From a virus (taxonomy: Duplodnaviria > Caudoviricetes): a stretch of 43,429 nucleotides of DNA. This document shows positions 25,790-35,164 of the stretch, one piece after another. The translations under genes and the position numbers were made by a program. A model generated the notes under the pieces. The model was not told the DNA's origin. It did no database searches and was given only the letters and a program-made list of their open reading frames with translations. The stretch is taken from IMG/VR virus record IMGVR_UViG_3300021340_000006, positions 1 to 43,429 of that record; one strand, 5' to 3'. The number at the start of each line of letters is the position of its first letter. Positions within the stretch are counted from its first letter, which is position 1.

Positions 25790-26643
25790 TCACCGTCGGG
25801 CGGCTGATGCCGGTCAACCAGTGGGACCAGACCATGGTCGACGACTTGTTCGCCAACCGTCTCGGCCCGACCGGGATCGAGTTCACCCGTGTGGAGGGAT
25901 GGCCGGAGACCACCGGCGCAATCGTGATCATCCCCGGCCACTACTGGGTCGGCCGCGCCAACCTCATCAGCGAGCACCTGTCGCGCTACGACTGGGTGCT
26001 GGCGATCCGCACCGGCGACGAGCGCGACGATTTCGACCCCGACCGGGTCTATCACCGCAACATCCGCTGGTGGGTCCAGACCCCGCGCACCGACCGCGAA
26101 CACCCCGGGGCGCGGCTGTTCGGCGTCGGCTACAGCCCGCACCTGGCGCCCAAGCGTTTCCCCCCGGTCAAATACCTCGAGGTATTCCTTTCCGCCCAGG
26201 ACAACCACGCCCGCCGCACGGCAGCATTCGCCGCCCTGACGCCGACGGAGCACCGGGTCGTGCACCGCACCGAAGGATTTACCCTCGGCATCCCGCCGCT
26301 GCGCTACACCGAACACCTGCGCGCCGCCAAGGTCGCCCCCGCACCCTCGGGTGTGTTCTCCCCGGACAGCTTCCGGGTATGGGAGGCCCTGCAGGCCGGC
26401 GCGGTGCCGATCGCCGATGACCTCAGCCCCGCCTACGACAGTCGCGGCTACTGGCAGCGCCTTCTGGGTGAGCCGCCATTCCCCGTCTACACCGACCCCG
26501 CGGAGCTACCCGCCCTGGTCGATGAGGTGCTCGACAACTGGGACGAGGTGTCCCCGCGCGTCCGCGCCTGGTGGAAGCGCTACAAATTCAACCTCACCCA
26601 GTGGCTGATCGAGGATCTGCTCGACCTCGGAGCTCTCACATGA
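25786..26643 (+). CDS. glycosyltransferase 2 (exostosin/GT47-like)
   Basis: YTEHLRAAKVAPAPSG...DSFRVWEALQAGAVPI. Confidence 0.75.
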   Translation: MITVGRLMPVNQWDQTMVDDLFANRLGPTGIEFTRVEGWPETTGAIVIIPGHYWVGRANLISEHLSRYDWVLAIRTGDERDDFDPDRVYHRNIRWWVQTPRTDREHPGARLFGVGYSPHLAPKRFPPVKYLEVFLSAQDNHARRTAAFAALTPTEHRVVHRTEGFTLGIPPLRYTEHLRAAKVAPAPSGVFSPDSFRVWEALQAGAVPIADDLSPAYDSRGYWQRLLGEPPFPVYTDPAELPALVDEVLDNWDEVSPRVRAWWKRYKFNLTQWLIEDLLDLGALT

Positions 26644-27356
26644 TCACCGCCGTCGTCCCGGTCTCGCCGATCCCGTCGCACCCCGACACCGTGATCCTGC
26701 GCGAAACCCTGGCCAGCATTCGCCACCACCTGTCCGACGCTGAGATCATCGTGACCTTCGACGGTATCCGCCCCGAGCAGGAAGACCGCCGCGCGGACTA
26801 CGACGAGCACGTGCGACGCGTCAGCCGGCTCGTCGACGAGAACACCCGCACCGTGATCTTCTTCGATCACCGTCACCAGGTCGGCATGCTGCGCGCGGTC
26901 ATCGGCGAGATCTACACCCCGCTGATGATCTACGTTGAGCAGGACACCCCGCTGGTCACCGATCTGCCCATCGACATCGAGGACATCGCCGCGCAATTGA
27001 TGAGCGGACGCAGCGATCTGGTCCGCCTACATCACGAAGCTGTCATTCCCGACGCGCACCGGCATCTCATGCACGGGCGCACCGGGGCGTTCCTGCGCAC
27101 CAGTCAGTGGTCCCAGCGCCCACACATCGCACGCACCGACTACTACCAGCGCATCCTCGATGATCACTTCAGCGCCGACGCCCGCTGTTTCATTGAAGAC
27201 AGGATGCACGGCGTCATCCAGGACGCCTGGGGGACCGGCGACAAAGACGCTCACCGACTGCACATCTGGCGACCCACCGATGGCAACTTTAAGCGCACCT
27301 ACCACCTCGACGGCCGCGCCGGAACCGCCAAGTACGACGCCGAGCAGCGGTTCTAG
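26640..27356 (+). CDS. glycosyltransferase 3 (GT-A fold)
   Basis: ITAVVPVS...TLASIR...IIVTFDG...TPLMIYVEQD...HLDGR. Confidence 0.75.
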   Translation: MITAVVPVSPIPSHPDTVILRETLASIRHHLSDAEIIVTFDGIRPEQEDRRADYDEHVRRVSRLVDENTRTVIFFDHRHQVGMLRAVIGEIYTPLMIYVEQDTPLVTDLPIDIEDIAAQLMSGRSDLVRLHHEAVIPDAHRHLMHGRTGAFLRTSQWSQRPHIARTDYYQRILDDHFSADARCFIEDRMHGVIQDAWGTGDKDAHRLHIWRPTDGNFKRTYHLDGRAGTAKYDAEQRF

Positions 27357-28391
27357 ATGCTCGGCCTGATCGCCCGCGCCGACAACTCCGGCTTGGGAAT
27401 CCAGTCGTGGGAGTTCGCCCGCCATATGCACCCCGACAGGGTGCTGGTCATCGACGTCAGCCACTTCTACGACGACGTCGCGCACTGCAACAAGCGCACG
27501 TTCCTTGATCGCTACCCCGGCGCGCTCATCGGCCACGGCTGGAACCCCAACACCGGCCTGCTCGAGAAGTTCTGCGACGGTCTGAACGTCATCTTCTGCT
27601 GCGAAACCACCTACAGCCCAGAGCTGGTGAGCATCGCGCACAAAGCCGGCGCCAAGGTCATCGTGCAGTACAACTTCGAGTTCCTGGCCCACCAGCTCTA
27701 CACCTGGCCACAGCCCGACATGTTCGCCGCACCCTCGCGATGGATGTGGGATGCCATCGACGTACCAAACCGCATCCACCTGCCCGTCCCGATCGCCACC
27801 GACCGCTGGCCCGAGCCGCCCACCTCGACGGACTTCCTGCACGTCGTGGGACGCCCCGCCGCCTATGACCGCAACGGAACCCCGGACCTGCTCGCCGCGC
27901 TCCGCCACGTCAGCGCTGACATCACCCTCACGCTGACCTGCCAAAACGTCGCCTATCTGGAACAGCTCCTACACGCTCACACGATCCCCGACAACGTCGA
28001 GCTCGTTATCCGGTCAGGCGACGCCAACCACTACTGGGACCTCTACACCGGTGGAGTCCTGATCCTGCCCAGACGGTTCGGTGGCCTGTGCCTCCCCGCG
28101 CAGGAAGCCATCGGCGCCGGGATGCCGGTGATCATGACCGACATCGACCCCAACGACGCCTGGCTTCCATCCGAGTGGCTGGTCCCCGCGCAGCATCGCG
28201 ACCAGTTCCAATCAGTCACCCCGATCGACGTCTACAGCGCAGACCCCGCCGCGCTGGGCGCCCTGATCGACCGCTTCGCCACCGATGCGCAATTCGCCGA
28301 CGATGCTCGAAACACCGCAGACAAGATCCGCCACGCACTGTCCTGGGACACCCTCACGCCCACCTACGAGGACCTGTTCGCCTCATGCTGA
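27357..28391 (+). CDS. glycosyltransferase 4 (GT4-like, GT-B)
   Basis: LILPRRFGGLCLPAQEAIGAGMPVIMTD...LSWDTL. Confidence 0.85.
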   Translation: MLGLIARADNSGLGIQSWEFARHMHPDRVLVIDVSHFYDDVAHCNKRTFLDRYPGALIGHGWNPNTGLLEKFCDGLNVIFCCETTYSPELVSIAHKAGAKVIVQYNFEFLAHQLYTWPQPDMFAAPSRWMWDAIDVPNRIHLPVPIATDRWPEPPTSTDFLHVVGRPAAYDRNGTPDLLAALRHVSADITLTLTCQNVAYLEQLLHAHTIPDNVELVIRSGDANHYWDLYTGGVLILPRRFGGLCLPAQEAIGAGMPVIMTDIDPNDAWLPSEWLVPAQHRDQFQSVTPIDVYSADPAALGALIDRFATDAQFADDARNTADKIRHALSWDTLTPTYEDLFASC

Positions 28392-29014
28392 TCGGCATCG
28401 TCGGCCACGTCGACCGCGCCCATCAGGCGCGCATCCTCCAGCACAGCGTCGGCGCTTCGTATCTGTCTCTTGACGACGGCAGCATGGGCTGTGAAGCCAA
28501 CCACCGCCACGTCTGGGACTGGCTGCACACTCACCGCCGACATCACGACTGGCTGGTCGTGCTTGAGGACGACGCCAAACCGTGCGACGGATTCCGTGAG
28601 CAGCTGCACGACGCGCTCAATCATGCGCCCGCCCCGGTGGTTTCGCTCTACGCCGGCCGACAGCGTCCGCCGCAATTCCAGTGGGCACTGGAGCAGGCCA
28701 TTGGCCAGGCCGAGAACGAGGACGCCAGCTGGATCACCTCCAGTGTCCTCATGCACGCCGTGGCCGTGGCCATTTGCACCACCCAGGTCACCGACATGCT
28801 CGCCACCCTGGCTTGGATGCACGAACCCATCGACGAGTCATTGTCACGCTGGGCAACCCGCGTCGCCTACACCTACCCCAGCCTGTGTGACCACCTTGAT
28901 GGCAAGACCCTGATCAACCACCGCGACGGCCAACCCCGCCCACCCGGGCGCACGGCGTGGCGGCACGGCACCCGACCTGAATGGACCGCCCGCAGCGTGG
29001 CCATGCCCCTGTGA
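28385..29014 (+). CDS. glycosyltransferase 5 (GT-A, GT25-like)
   Basis: GCEANHRHVW...WLVVLEDDAKP...PIDE...PSLCDH. Confidence 0.78.
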   Translation: MLIGIVGHVDRAHQARILQHSVGASYLSLDDGSMGCEANHRHVWDWLHTHRRHHDWLVVLEDDAKPCDGFREQLHDALNHAPAPVVSLYAGRQRPPQFQWALEQAIGQAENEDASWITSSVLMHAVAVAICTTQVTDMLATLAWMHEPIDESLSRWATRVAYTYPSLCDHLDGKTLINHRDGQPRPPGRTAWRHGTRPEWTARSVAMPL

Positions 29015-29027
29015 CCCGAAGGCGAAC

Positions 29028-29513
29028 ATGACTACCGAGCTGACCTACTTCACCGCCACCGGCCACTGGTACAACATCGAGTCCGCCAGCCCCGGCGGCA
29101 CCACCTCCAACCTGCAGTTTCAGGTCATCAGCGGATTCGTGCAGTTCTACCCGCGGCTGCCCACGGGCTGGACAGCCCACATAGCCGACCTTGACTTGGG
29201 CGACGAGGGCGTTGCCGACACTGACCTGGCCATCGCCCCGATTCTGGGCCGCATCTACCAGGGCAGGCTGTCCACGATCGACCGCGCGGACACCGAAGGC
29301 GTGCAACTGCTGGCCAACTCCTCGGCGATCAGCTCCCAGATCGCCCTGATCAACGACAACGTCGGCCTGGTCTACGACGTCGCCTTCTCCGAGGTGGTCT
29401 ACGCCTCAGCCCAGCGCCACCTCAGCAACTTCGCGTTCAGAGCGCCGACGGACAGCAGCGCCATCTGCCTGACCGACCCGACGCTCACCCGCCTGGAATA
29501 CTTAGGACCCTGA
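29028..29513 (+). CDS. virion/minor-tail-like beta protein
   Basis: YFTATGHW...SGFVQFYPRL...IAPILGRIYQGRL...GVQLLAN resembles N-terminal modules of actinophage tail proteins. Confidence 0.55.
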   Translation: MTTELTYFTATGHWYNIESASPGGTTSNLQFQVISGFVQFYPRLPTGWTAHIADLDLGDEGVADTDLAIAPILGRIYQGRLSTIDRADTEGVQLLANSSAISSQIALINDNVGLVYDVAFSEVVYASAQRHLSNFAFRAPTDSSAICLTDPTLTRLEYLGP

Positions 29514-29785
29514 TGAGGCCCACCGGTCACCGGTGGCGCAGCGTCAAGGGCCGGTTCCGCTCCGACTGCCGACGCAGTGGGCAGCGCTGCCACCTGTGCC
29601 GTCAGCCCATTGACTACACCCTCCCTGCCCAGCACCCGGACGCGTTTGAGGCTGATCACCTGCAGCCCGTGGCACTGCGTCCCGACCTGGCCTACACCTA
29701 CTCCAACCTGCGTCCCTCACACAGCCGATGCAACCGCGCACGACAGGCCGACGCGGTGCGGGAGTGGGTCGCACCCGCCTGGTGA
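29513..29785 (+). CDS. HNH endonuclease (terminase-associated)
   Basis: CHLCRQPID...EADHLQP...NLRPSHSRCN. Lies upstream of terS. Confidence 0.9.
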   Translation: MRPTGHRWRSVKGRFRSDCRRSGQRCHLCRQPIDYTLPAQHPDAFEADHLQPVALRPDLAYTYSNLRPSHSRCNRARQADAVREWVAPAW

Positions 29786-30077
29786 CAGGAATGCATGCAT
29801 CGACATCATGAATATTCATGCAATACGATGCATGGTGGGGGCGGGTCAAAACTTCAAAATTCAATACAGGCACCTAGGCAGTGCCCGTACTTTATCGCCC
29901 ACCCGTTTTACGTAAAATGTTAAGCCCCTGAACTGCACTAATGCGGCATCTCGGCGCCAATGAGCGGAAGCCCTGACCTGCGGGTTGCCCGAGTGCCGCG
30001 ACCCCCATCAGGGGCATGCATAAACCGCATATCTATGCAAAGAGGTCCCCGGCGCGGGGGCTCGGAAGGATCCCATC
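29786..30077. other. AT-richer intergenic region, probable cos/packaging site
   Basis: Between HNH and terS, with nested palindromes at 29791-29834. Confidence 0.55.
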
Positions 30078-30545
30078 GTGGCTGAGCACGGAACTCGGCA
30101 GCGGTATGCCGACAAGTGCCGCTGCGAACTTTGTCGCGCTGCGCAAGCGCAGTACATGCGCGAGTACAAGGCCCGCAAGGCCGGTGCGCTCATCGAGGTG
30201 TCGCGCGCGGGACGCCCGCGGAAGGCCGCCGTGGCCGTCGATGGTTCTGCTGCGGGATCCGCGACGGTCACGGCTCTTCCCGGCGCCACTGCCCGCGCAG
30301 GCGCCGCCGAAACCGCCGTCCTCGAGGAATTGGCGTCGCTGACCAGCGCGGAGACCCGACTCGGTGCCGCCCAGGCCGCGCTGGCGATGGCCCGCATCCT
30401 CGACAACCCGCTCGCGCTGTCCCAACAGCCCGCGGCCGCGGCGAAACTAACCACCATCCTCGAAGACCTGCGCAAGGGTTCGGCCCGCAAGCGTGGCCGG
30501 CTGGCCAGCGTTCAGGCGATGACCAGAACGGGTACCAATGGCTGA
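30078..30545 (+). CDS. terminase small subunit (probable), with N-terminal Cys motif
   Basis: ALAMARILD...AAAKLTTILEDL actinophage TerS-like helices. N-terminal HGT..Y..CRCELC. Position fits. Confidence 0.7.
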   Translation: MAEHGTRQRYADKCRCELCRAAQAQYMREYKARKAGALIEVSRAGRPRKAAVAVDGSAAGSATVTALPGATARAGAAETAVLEELASLTSAETRLGAAQAALAMARILDNPLALSQQPAAAAKLTTILEDLRKGSARKRGRLASVQAMTRTGTNG

Positions 30546-30924
30546 AGGCATCTCCCTGTACCTGGCGCACGCTTGGCTGGGCACGCTGGCCGGAACATCC
30601 TTCTCGGTCGGTGCCCGCTACCTGCAGCTGCACACCGGATCCCCCGGCTACTACGGCACCGCCAACATCTCCGTAGGCAACACCACCCGCCAGTCGGTGA
30701 CCTTCGGCACCCCCTCCAACGGGGCGATCGTGGTCACCAACTCTCCGAACTGGACCAACACCGGACACCAGGAGACCGTCACCACCGTCTCGCTGTGGGA
30801 CGCCTCTTCCGGCGGGCACTTCCTGCGGTCGATCCAGCTCGCCGCCCCGGTGACATGGGTGGGCACCAACACCCTGCGGCTGGATGCGTTCGGGCTGAGC
30901 CTGAGCCCGATGGCGGGCAGCTGA
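30538..30924 (+). CDS. tail-fibre-like small structural protein (ends MAGS)
   Basis: YLQLHTGSPG..GTAN...TRQSVTF...VSLWDASSGGHFL. Paralogue of 673-1020. Confidence 0.7.
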   Translation: MAEGISLYLAHAWLGTLAGTSFSVGARYLQLHTGSPGYYGTANISVGNTTRQSVTFGTPSNGAIVVTNSPNWTNTGHQETVTTVSLWDASSGGHFLRSIQLAAPVTWVGTNTLRLDAFGLSLSPMAGS

Positions 30925-30927
30925 CCG

Positions 30928-31962
30928 ATGGCCCTCGGGGGACTGGTCACCGTCTACGAGTTCCGCCCCTGGACGGCCACCGGGAAAACGACCTGGATGA
31001 GTGTCCGCGCGGACACTAATCGTGTCACCTGGGTCATCGTCAACTACCCCAAGCGTTACCCGCTGTCGCAGTCGATCGCCACCGGCGTGGAGACGGCCAT
31101 CAGCCTGATCCGATCCCGGCCGGGACGCTTCGTCCTGGTCGGCACCAGCATCGGGGCGATCATCGCCTCGAACCTGTACGACGAACTGCGCACCGGAAGG
31201 CTCAAGGACCGCCGCGGTGACCTGATCGCCGGTCTGATGATGATGAACCCGCGCCGTCAATCCGGTACAGGGTTCCCGGGCTCCCCGGAACTCAGCGGCC
31301 GCGGGATGCTGCAGCCGAACCTGACCGGTACCGAGGATCTATGGTGGGAGTTCCCCATCCCCAGCGATCCGGCGTCGACATGGCCCGACGACGACACCGT
31401 GCTGTCACTGTGGGGCCGCGACGTGTTCGCCGACTTCCTCAACACCTACGCCGGAACCCTCTACGAGACCCTGGACCGCTGGATCAACCCTCAGGTCAAA
31501 CTGTCCACCCTGGCTACGGCGATGCAGGCCATCCTGGCCGGCACCACAACGGACAACCAGACTCCGGCCACCTACAAGCCGCTGTACTACCAGTTCATCG
31601 ACGGTACCCGGTTCCCGTACGCGTTCCCGTTCGAACTGCAACCCGACCCGGCCGAGGGGCTGCCGAACCCGTACTGGCCCAACGGCAACCCGCTGCGCAC
31701 CGTCCAGCAGATCGCCCTGGATCGCATCAACAGCCTGGTCGTGGCTGACGCCGACACCCGAGTGGAGGCGGTGGCCGTCCCGGTCTCCGCCGATGGATAC
31801 ACCTCGATCCGGTGCCGCACGGCAGACACCTATGACAGCGCGTTCGCCTCGATGGTGCATCGGCCCCCCACCCTGCGCAACATCATCGACCGCCGCCGCG
31901 AGGACTTCCCGCCGCCGTGGTGGCCGCCGGGTAACGCCCGCACCAAAGTGCGAGCCAAGTAG
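30928..31962 (+). CDS. LysB/cutinase-like alpha/beta-hydrolase-fold protein
   Basis: VNYP...SIATGV...FVLVGTSIGAIIAS (GxSxG), NPRR, SDP. No His at the expected position. Confidence 0.7.
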   Translation: MALGGLVTVYEFRPWTATGKTTWMSVRADTNRVTWVIVNYPKRYPLSQSIATGVETAISLIRSRPGRFVLVGTSIGAIIASNLYDELRTGRLKDRRGDLIAGLMMMNPRRQSGTGFPGSPELSGRGMLQPNLTGTEDLWWEFPIPSDPASTWPDDDTVLSLWGRDVFADFLNTYAGTLYETLDRWINPQVKLSTLATAMQAILAGTTTDNQTPATYKPLYYQFIDGTRFPYAFPFELQPDPAEGLPNPYWPNGNPLRTVQQIALDRINSLVVADADTRVEAVAVPVSADGYTSIRCRTADTYDSAFASMVHRPPTLRNIIDRRREDFPPPWWPPGNARTKVRAK

Positions 31963-33564
31963 GTGCCCGAGCTGCTCGGCGCTGAAACGCCGCGGATCTT
32001 CATCCCGCCGCTGCGCGACGTCACCGCCGAATTTGACGAGCACGGCCTGACCACTCACGGCCACAGCGCAATCCGCTTCGCCGAGGAACTGCTCAACATG
32101 AAGCTGTTCCCCTGGCAGCGCTGGCTGCTACTGCACGGCTTGGAGCTCAACCTCGACGGCACCTACCGGTTTCGCACCGTCGTGGTCGAGGTCGCACGCC
32201 AGAACGGCAAGACCGCCGTGGAGATCGTGCTGGCGCTGTGGCACATGTACGCGCTGCAGTCCCGCACGGTGATCGGCACCGCCCAGGATCTGGCCAACGC
32301 CGAGAAGGCGTGGAAGGAAGCCGTCTCCCTGGCCCAGGCCGACGAGGAGCTGGCCGAGCTGATCCCCGACGACGGCGTTTACCTCGGACACCCCAAGCAA
32401 TTTCAGATCATCCACCACGCCGAGGGCCGCGAAACCACCAGCGAGTACCGCATCGCCTCGGCCACCCGCCGCGGTGGCCGCGGTTTCTCCGGGGACCTGA
32501 TCCTGCTCGACGAGCTGCGCGAGCATCAGTCCTGGGACTCCTGGGCTGCGGTGACCAACACCATGAACGCCCGCCCGAAGGCCCAATGCTGGGCGTTCTC
32601 CAACGCCCCGGACGCCTCCGGTGTGGTGCTGCGGTATCTGCGGGCGCTCTCGCACCGCGAACTGTCCTGGCCCGATGAGGATTCCGACGTCCAATCGGAT
32701 GTGCTCGGCGAGATCGAGGCGCTGCCGGAGTTTGAGGACATGCCCGAGGTGCAGTTCGATACGGGCTGGTTCGAGTGGTCGATGGCGCCGGGATTGCCGC
32801 GCAACGACCCCGACGGTCTGATGCAGGCCAACCCGTCCTGCAATCACACCGAGGTCACCGACAACTGCATCACCTACCGGGCGCTGATCTCCGGCCTGCG
32901 GACCTCCCCGGCCCATGTGGCCGAGGCTGAGATCTGCTGCCGTGAAACCTCATTCGGAGTCGGTGGACCCTTCCCGGAAGGAACGTGGGTCGCCTCTTCC
33001 GACGCTGAGGCCCGACCCGCTGCGGGTACGCCGATCATGGTGTGCGTCGAGGTGTCCTCCAAGCGGTCGCACACCTTCATCACCCGCGCCGGCCTGGACG
33101 GTGAGGTCGCGGTGGTGGCGGTGGCCGAGGATCGCGCCGGGACCGACTGGGTCATCGACTACCTGGTCGAGAGCCGTAAAACCTACGCAGGGATCGTCAT
33201 CCGCTCAGTCCTGGGCGCCCCGGTCGGATCCCTGCTCAAGGATCTACAGAAACGCCGCCTACCGGTCGTGGAGTGGAAGTCCGACCAGATCTCCGCCGGC
33301 TGCGGGCAGATGTTCGACCGGCTGCGCGACAACACCCTCAGGCACCTGCCGCACGGTGGCCTGGACATGGCCGCCACGTCCGCGGTGGCCAAGAACCAGC
33401 CCGCCGGCGGCTGGGTCATCGACCAACTGAAGTCCCCGACCGACGTCGCACCGCTGAACGCGGCCATCGGCGCGGTCTGGGGACTGGCCAACATTCCGGC
33501 CGTCCCGCGTGTGCACGGATGGGACGCCGACCAGATCTCGCATTGGGAGAAGCAACTCACGTGA
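31963..33564 (+). CDS. terL: terminase large subunit
   Basis: LFPWQ, VARQNGKT (Walker A), LILLDELR (Walker B), ANPS. Confidence 0.95.
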   Translation: MPELLGAETPRIFIPPLRDVTAEFDEHGLTTHGHSAIRFAEELLNMKLFPWQRWLLLHGLELNLDGTYRFRTVVVEVARQNGKTAVEIVLALWHMYALQSRTVIGTAQDLANAEKAWKEAVSLAQADEELAELIPDDGVYLGHPKQFQIIHHAEGRETTSEYRIASATRRGGRGFSGDLILLDELREHQSWDSWAAVTNTMNARPKAQCWAFSNAPDASGVVLRYLRALSHRELSWPDEDSDVQSDVLGEIEALPEFEDMPEVQFDTGWFEWSMAPGLPRNDPDGLMQANPSCNHTEVTDNCITYRALISGLRTSPAHVAEAEICCRETSFGVGGPFPEGTWVASSDAEARPAAGTPIMVCVEVSSKRSHTFITRAGLDGEVAVVAVAEDRAGTDWVIDYLVESRKTYAGIVIRSVLGAPVGSLLKDLQKRRLPVVEWKSDQISAGCGQMFDRLRDNTLRHLPHGGLDMAATSAVAKNQPAGGWVIDQLKSPTDVAPLNAAIGAVWGLANIPAVPRVHGWDADQISHWEKQLT

Positions 33565-33854
33565 CTATCGGAACCGGTGGGCGGCTCTACGCCGACGCTG
33601 AACCGTCGGAGTTGACCGACCCCACCCTGGATATCAGCGACCTGTGGTCGCCCCCTGCGGTCAAAGACCCCGAGCCGCAACCCCGTCGGCGCTGGCGGCG
33701 CCCGAATTGGCCAGCCATGGTCTCCAATGCGGCCGAATTAGCCGGAATCGGCTCAATTTCGGCCGGATTCTGGCTGATTTCACCGTCGGTGGGCCTGATT
33801 TCGGCCGGTGTCGGCCTGCTGGTGATCGGCGTGGCCTCAGGTAGGCCGCAGTGA
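33561..33854 (+). CDS. small membrane protein between terL and portal
   Basis: Two C-terminal TM segments, GTGA overlaps. Confidence 0.75.
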   Translation: MTIGTGGRLYADAEPSELTDPTLDISDLWSPPAVKDPEPQPRRRWRRPNWPAMVSNAAELAGIGSISAGFWLISPSVGLISAGVGLLVIGVASGRPQ

Positions 33855-35164
33855 GCCTGATCAACCGGCTACTGCCGCGCGAACGCCCCCACGCCAACGA
33901 GGTGGAGGCCCGCACGGTCACCTCCTCGGCGTTCATCCCGCCACCGGCGGACGGCTACGCCTCCGACGTCGTGGGCACCCACCGGGCCATGAGCCACATG
34001 GCGGTGTTCGCCTGCGTTCGGCTCCTGGCCGACACGATCGCCTCCCTGCCTATGGCGGTGTACCGCCGCGACGCCAACAACCTGCCACAAAGGGTCAGCC
34101 CGACCCCGAAAGTGATCCTTCAACCCACGCCGGGATTCGACCTCTTCCAATGGAAGTGGATGGTCGTCTCCGCCTTGGCGCTGCGCGGCAACAGCTTCCA
34201 CGTGGTCACCGGCCGTGACAGTCTCGGCTACCCGACCGCGCTGATGCCGGTCCATCCCGATCTGGTCTACATTGAGCGCCGCACCAACATCCTCGAGTGG
34301 TACGACCCCATCTACCGGGTGGCCGGGGAGCGGGTCGAGCGCGCCGACATCGTGCATATCCGCCGCTTCACGATGCCCGGGGAACCGTTGGGGCTCACCC
34401 CGATTCAGCAGGCCGCCCGCGCGATCGGCATCGGCATCTCCGCCGAGGAGTACGGTCACCGCTATTTTCGCGACAGCGCTAATCCCTCCAGTGTGCTGCG
34501 CACCGACCAGACGCTGACCCCCGAGGAGATCGAACTCAATCAGGCGCAGTGGATTTCCTCCAACGGTGGCCGCCGGCTGCCCGCGGTGCTCTCCGGCGGG
34601 TTCGACTGGAAACCGATCAGCATCACCCCCGAAGAGTCGCAGTTCCTGCAGACCCGCTCAGCGTCGGTGGCCGACGTCGCCCGCTTCTACGGCATCCCCC
34701 CGCACATGATCGGCGACGTCGAACGCTCCACCTCATGGGGCTCAGGCATTGAGCAGCAGGCCATCGGGTTCATCACCTACACCCTGATGGGTTGGCTCAC
34801 CTGCATCGAGTCGGCCATCTCCAACCTGTTGCCGCGCGGGCAGTTCATGAAGTTCGACACCAACTACCTGATGCGCGGGGACATGAAGTCCCGCTTTGAG
34901 TCCTACCAACTGGCCCGCCAGTCCGGGCTCATGAGCGTTAACGAGATGCGCGCCCGCGAGGAAATGCCGCCAGTGCCCGACGGCGACGGATACCTGCAGC
35001 CGCTGAACTTCGCCCCACTGGGTTTCGACCCCGCCACCGCGGCCACCCCGAAAACCGAGGGAACCGACCCCACCTCCAAGCCTGCGCAGGGGCTTGAGCC
35101 GACGCCCCCAGGCATCGGCGCCCGCCTCCTCTCCCGATACCGCCAGGAGCACACCCATGGATAA
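33851..35164 (+). CDS. portal protein (HK97 family)
   Basis: AVFACVRLLADTIASLP, LRGN, ESQFLQTR, VARFYGIPPHMIG, NEMRARE. Confidence 0.96.
   Translation: MSLINRLLPRERPHANEVEARTVTSSAFIPPPADGYASDVVGTHRAMSHMAVFACVRLLADTIASLPMAVYRRDANNLPQRVSPTPKVILQPTPGFDLFQWKWMVVSALALRGNSFHVVTGRDSLGYPTALMPVHPDLVYIERRTNILEWYDPIYRVAGERVERADIVHIRRFTMPGEPLGLTPIQQAARAIGIGISAEEYGHRYFRDSANPSSVLRTDQTLTPEEIELNQAQWISSNGGRRLPAVLSGGFDWKPISITPEESQFLQTRSASVADVARFYGIPPHMIGDVERSTSWGSGIEQQAIGFITYTLMGWLTCIESAISNLLPRGQFMKFDTNYLMRGDMKSRFESYQLARQSGLMSVNEMRAREEMPPVPDGDGYLQPLNFAPLGFDPATAATPKTEGTDPTSKPAQGLEPTPPGIGARLLSRYRQEHTHG

Noticed and set aside
24845-29014. GT cluster as a DNA hypermodification or Gtr-type serotype conversion system
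   Set aside because: No base hydroxymethylase/TET-like gene, flippase or membrane GT was seen, and the position is late rather than replicative. Disfavoured but not formally excluded.
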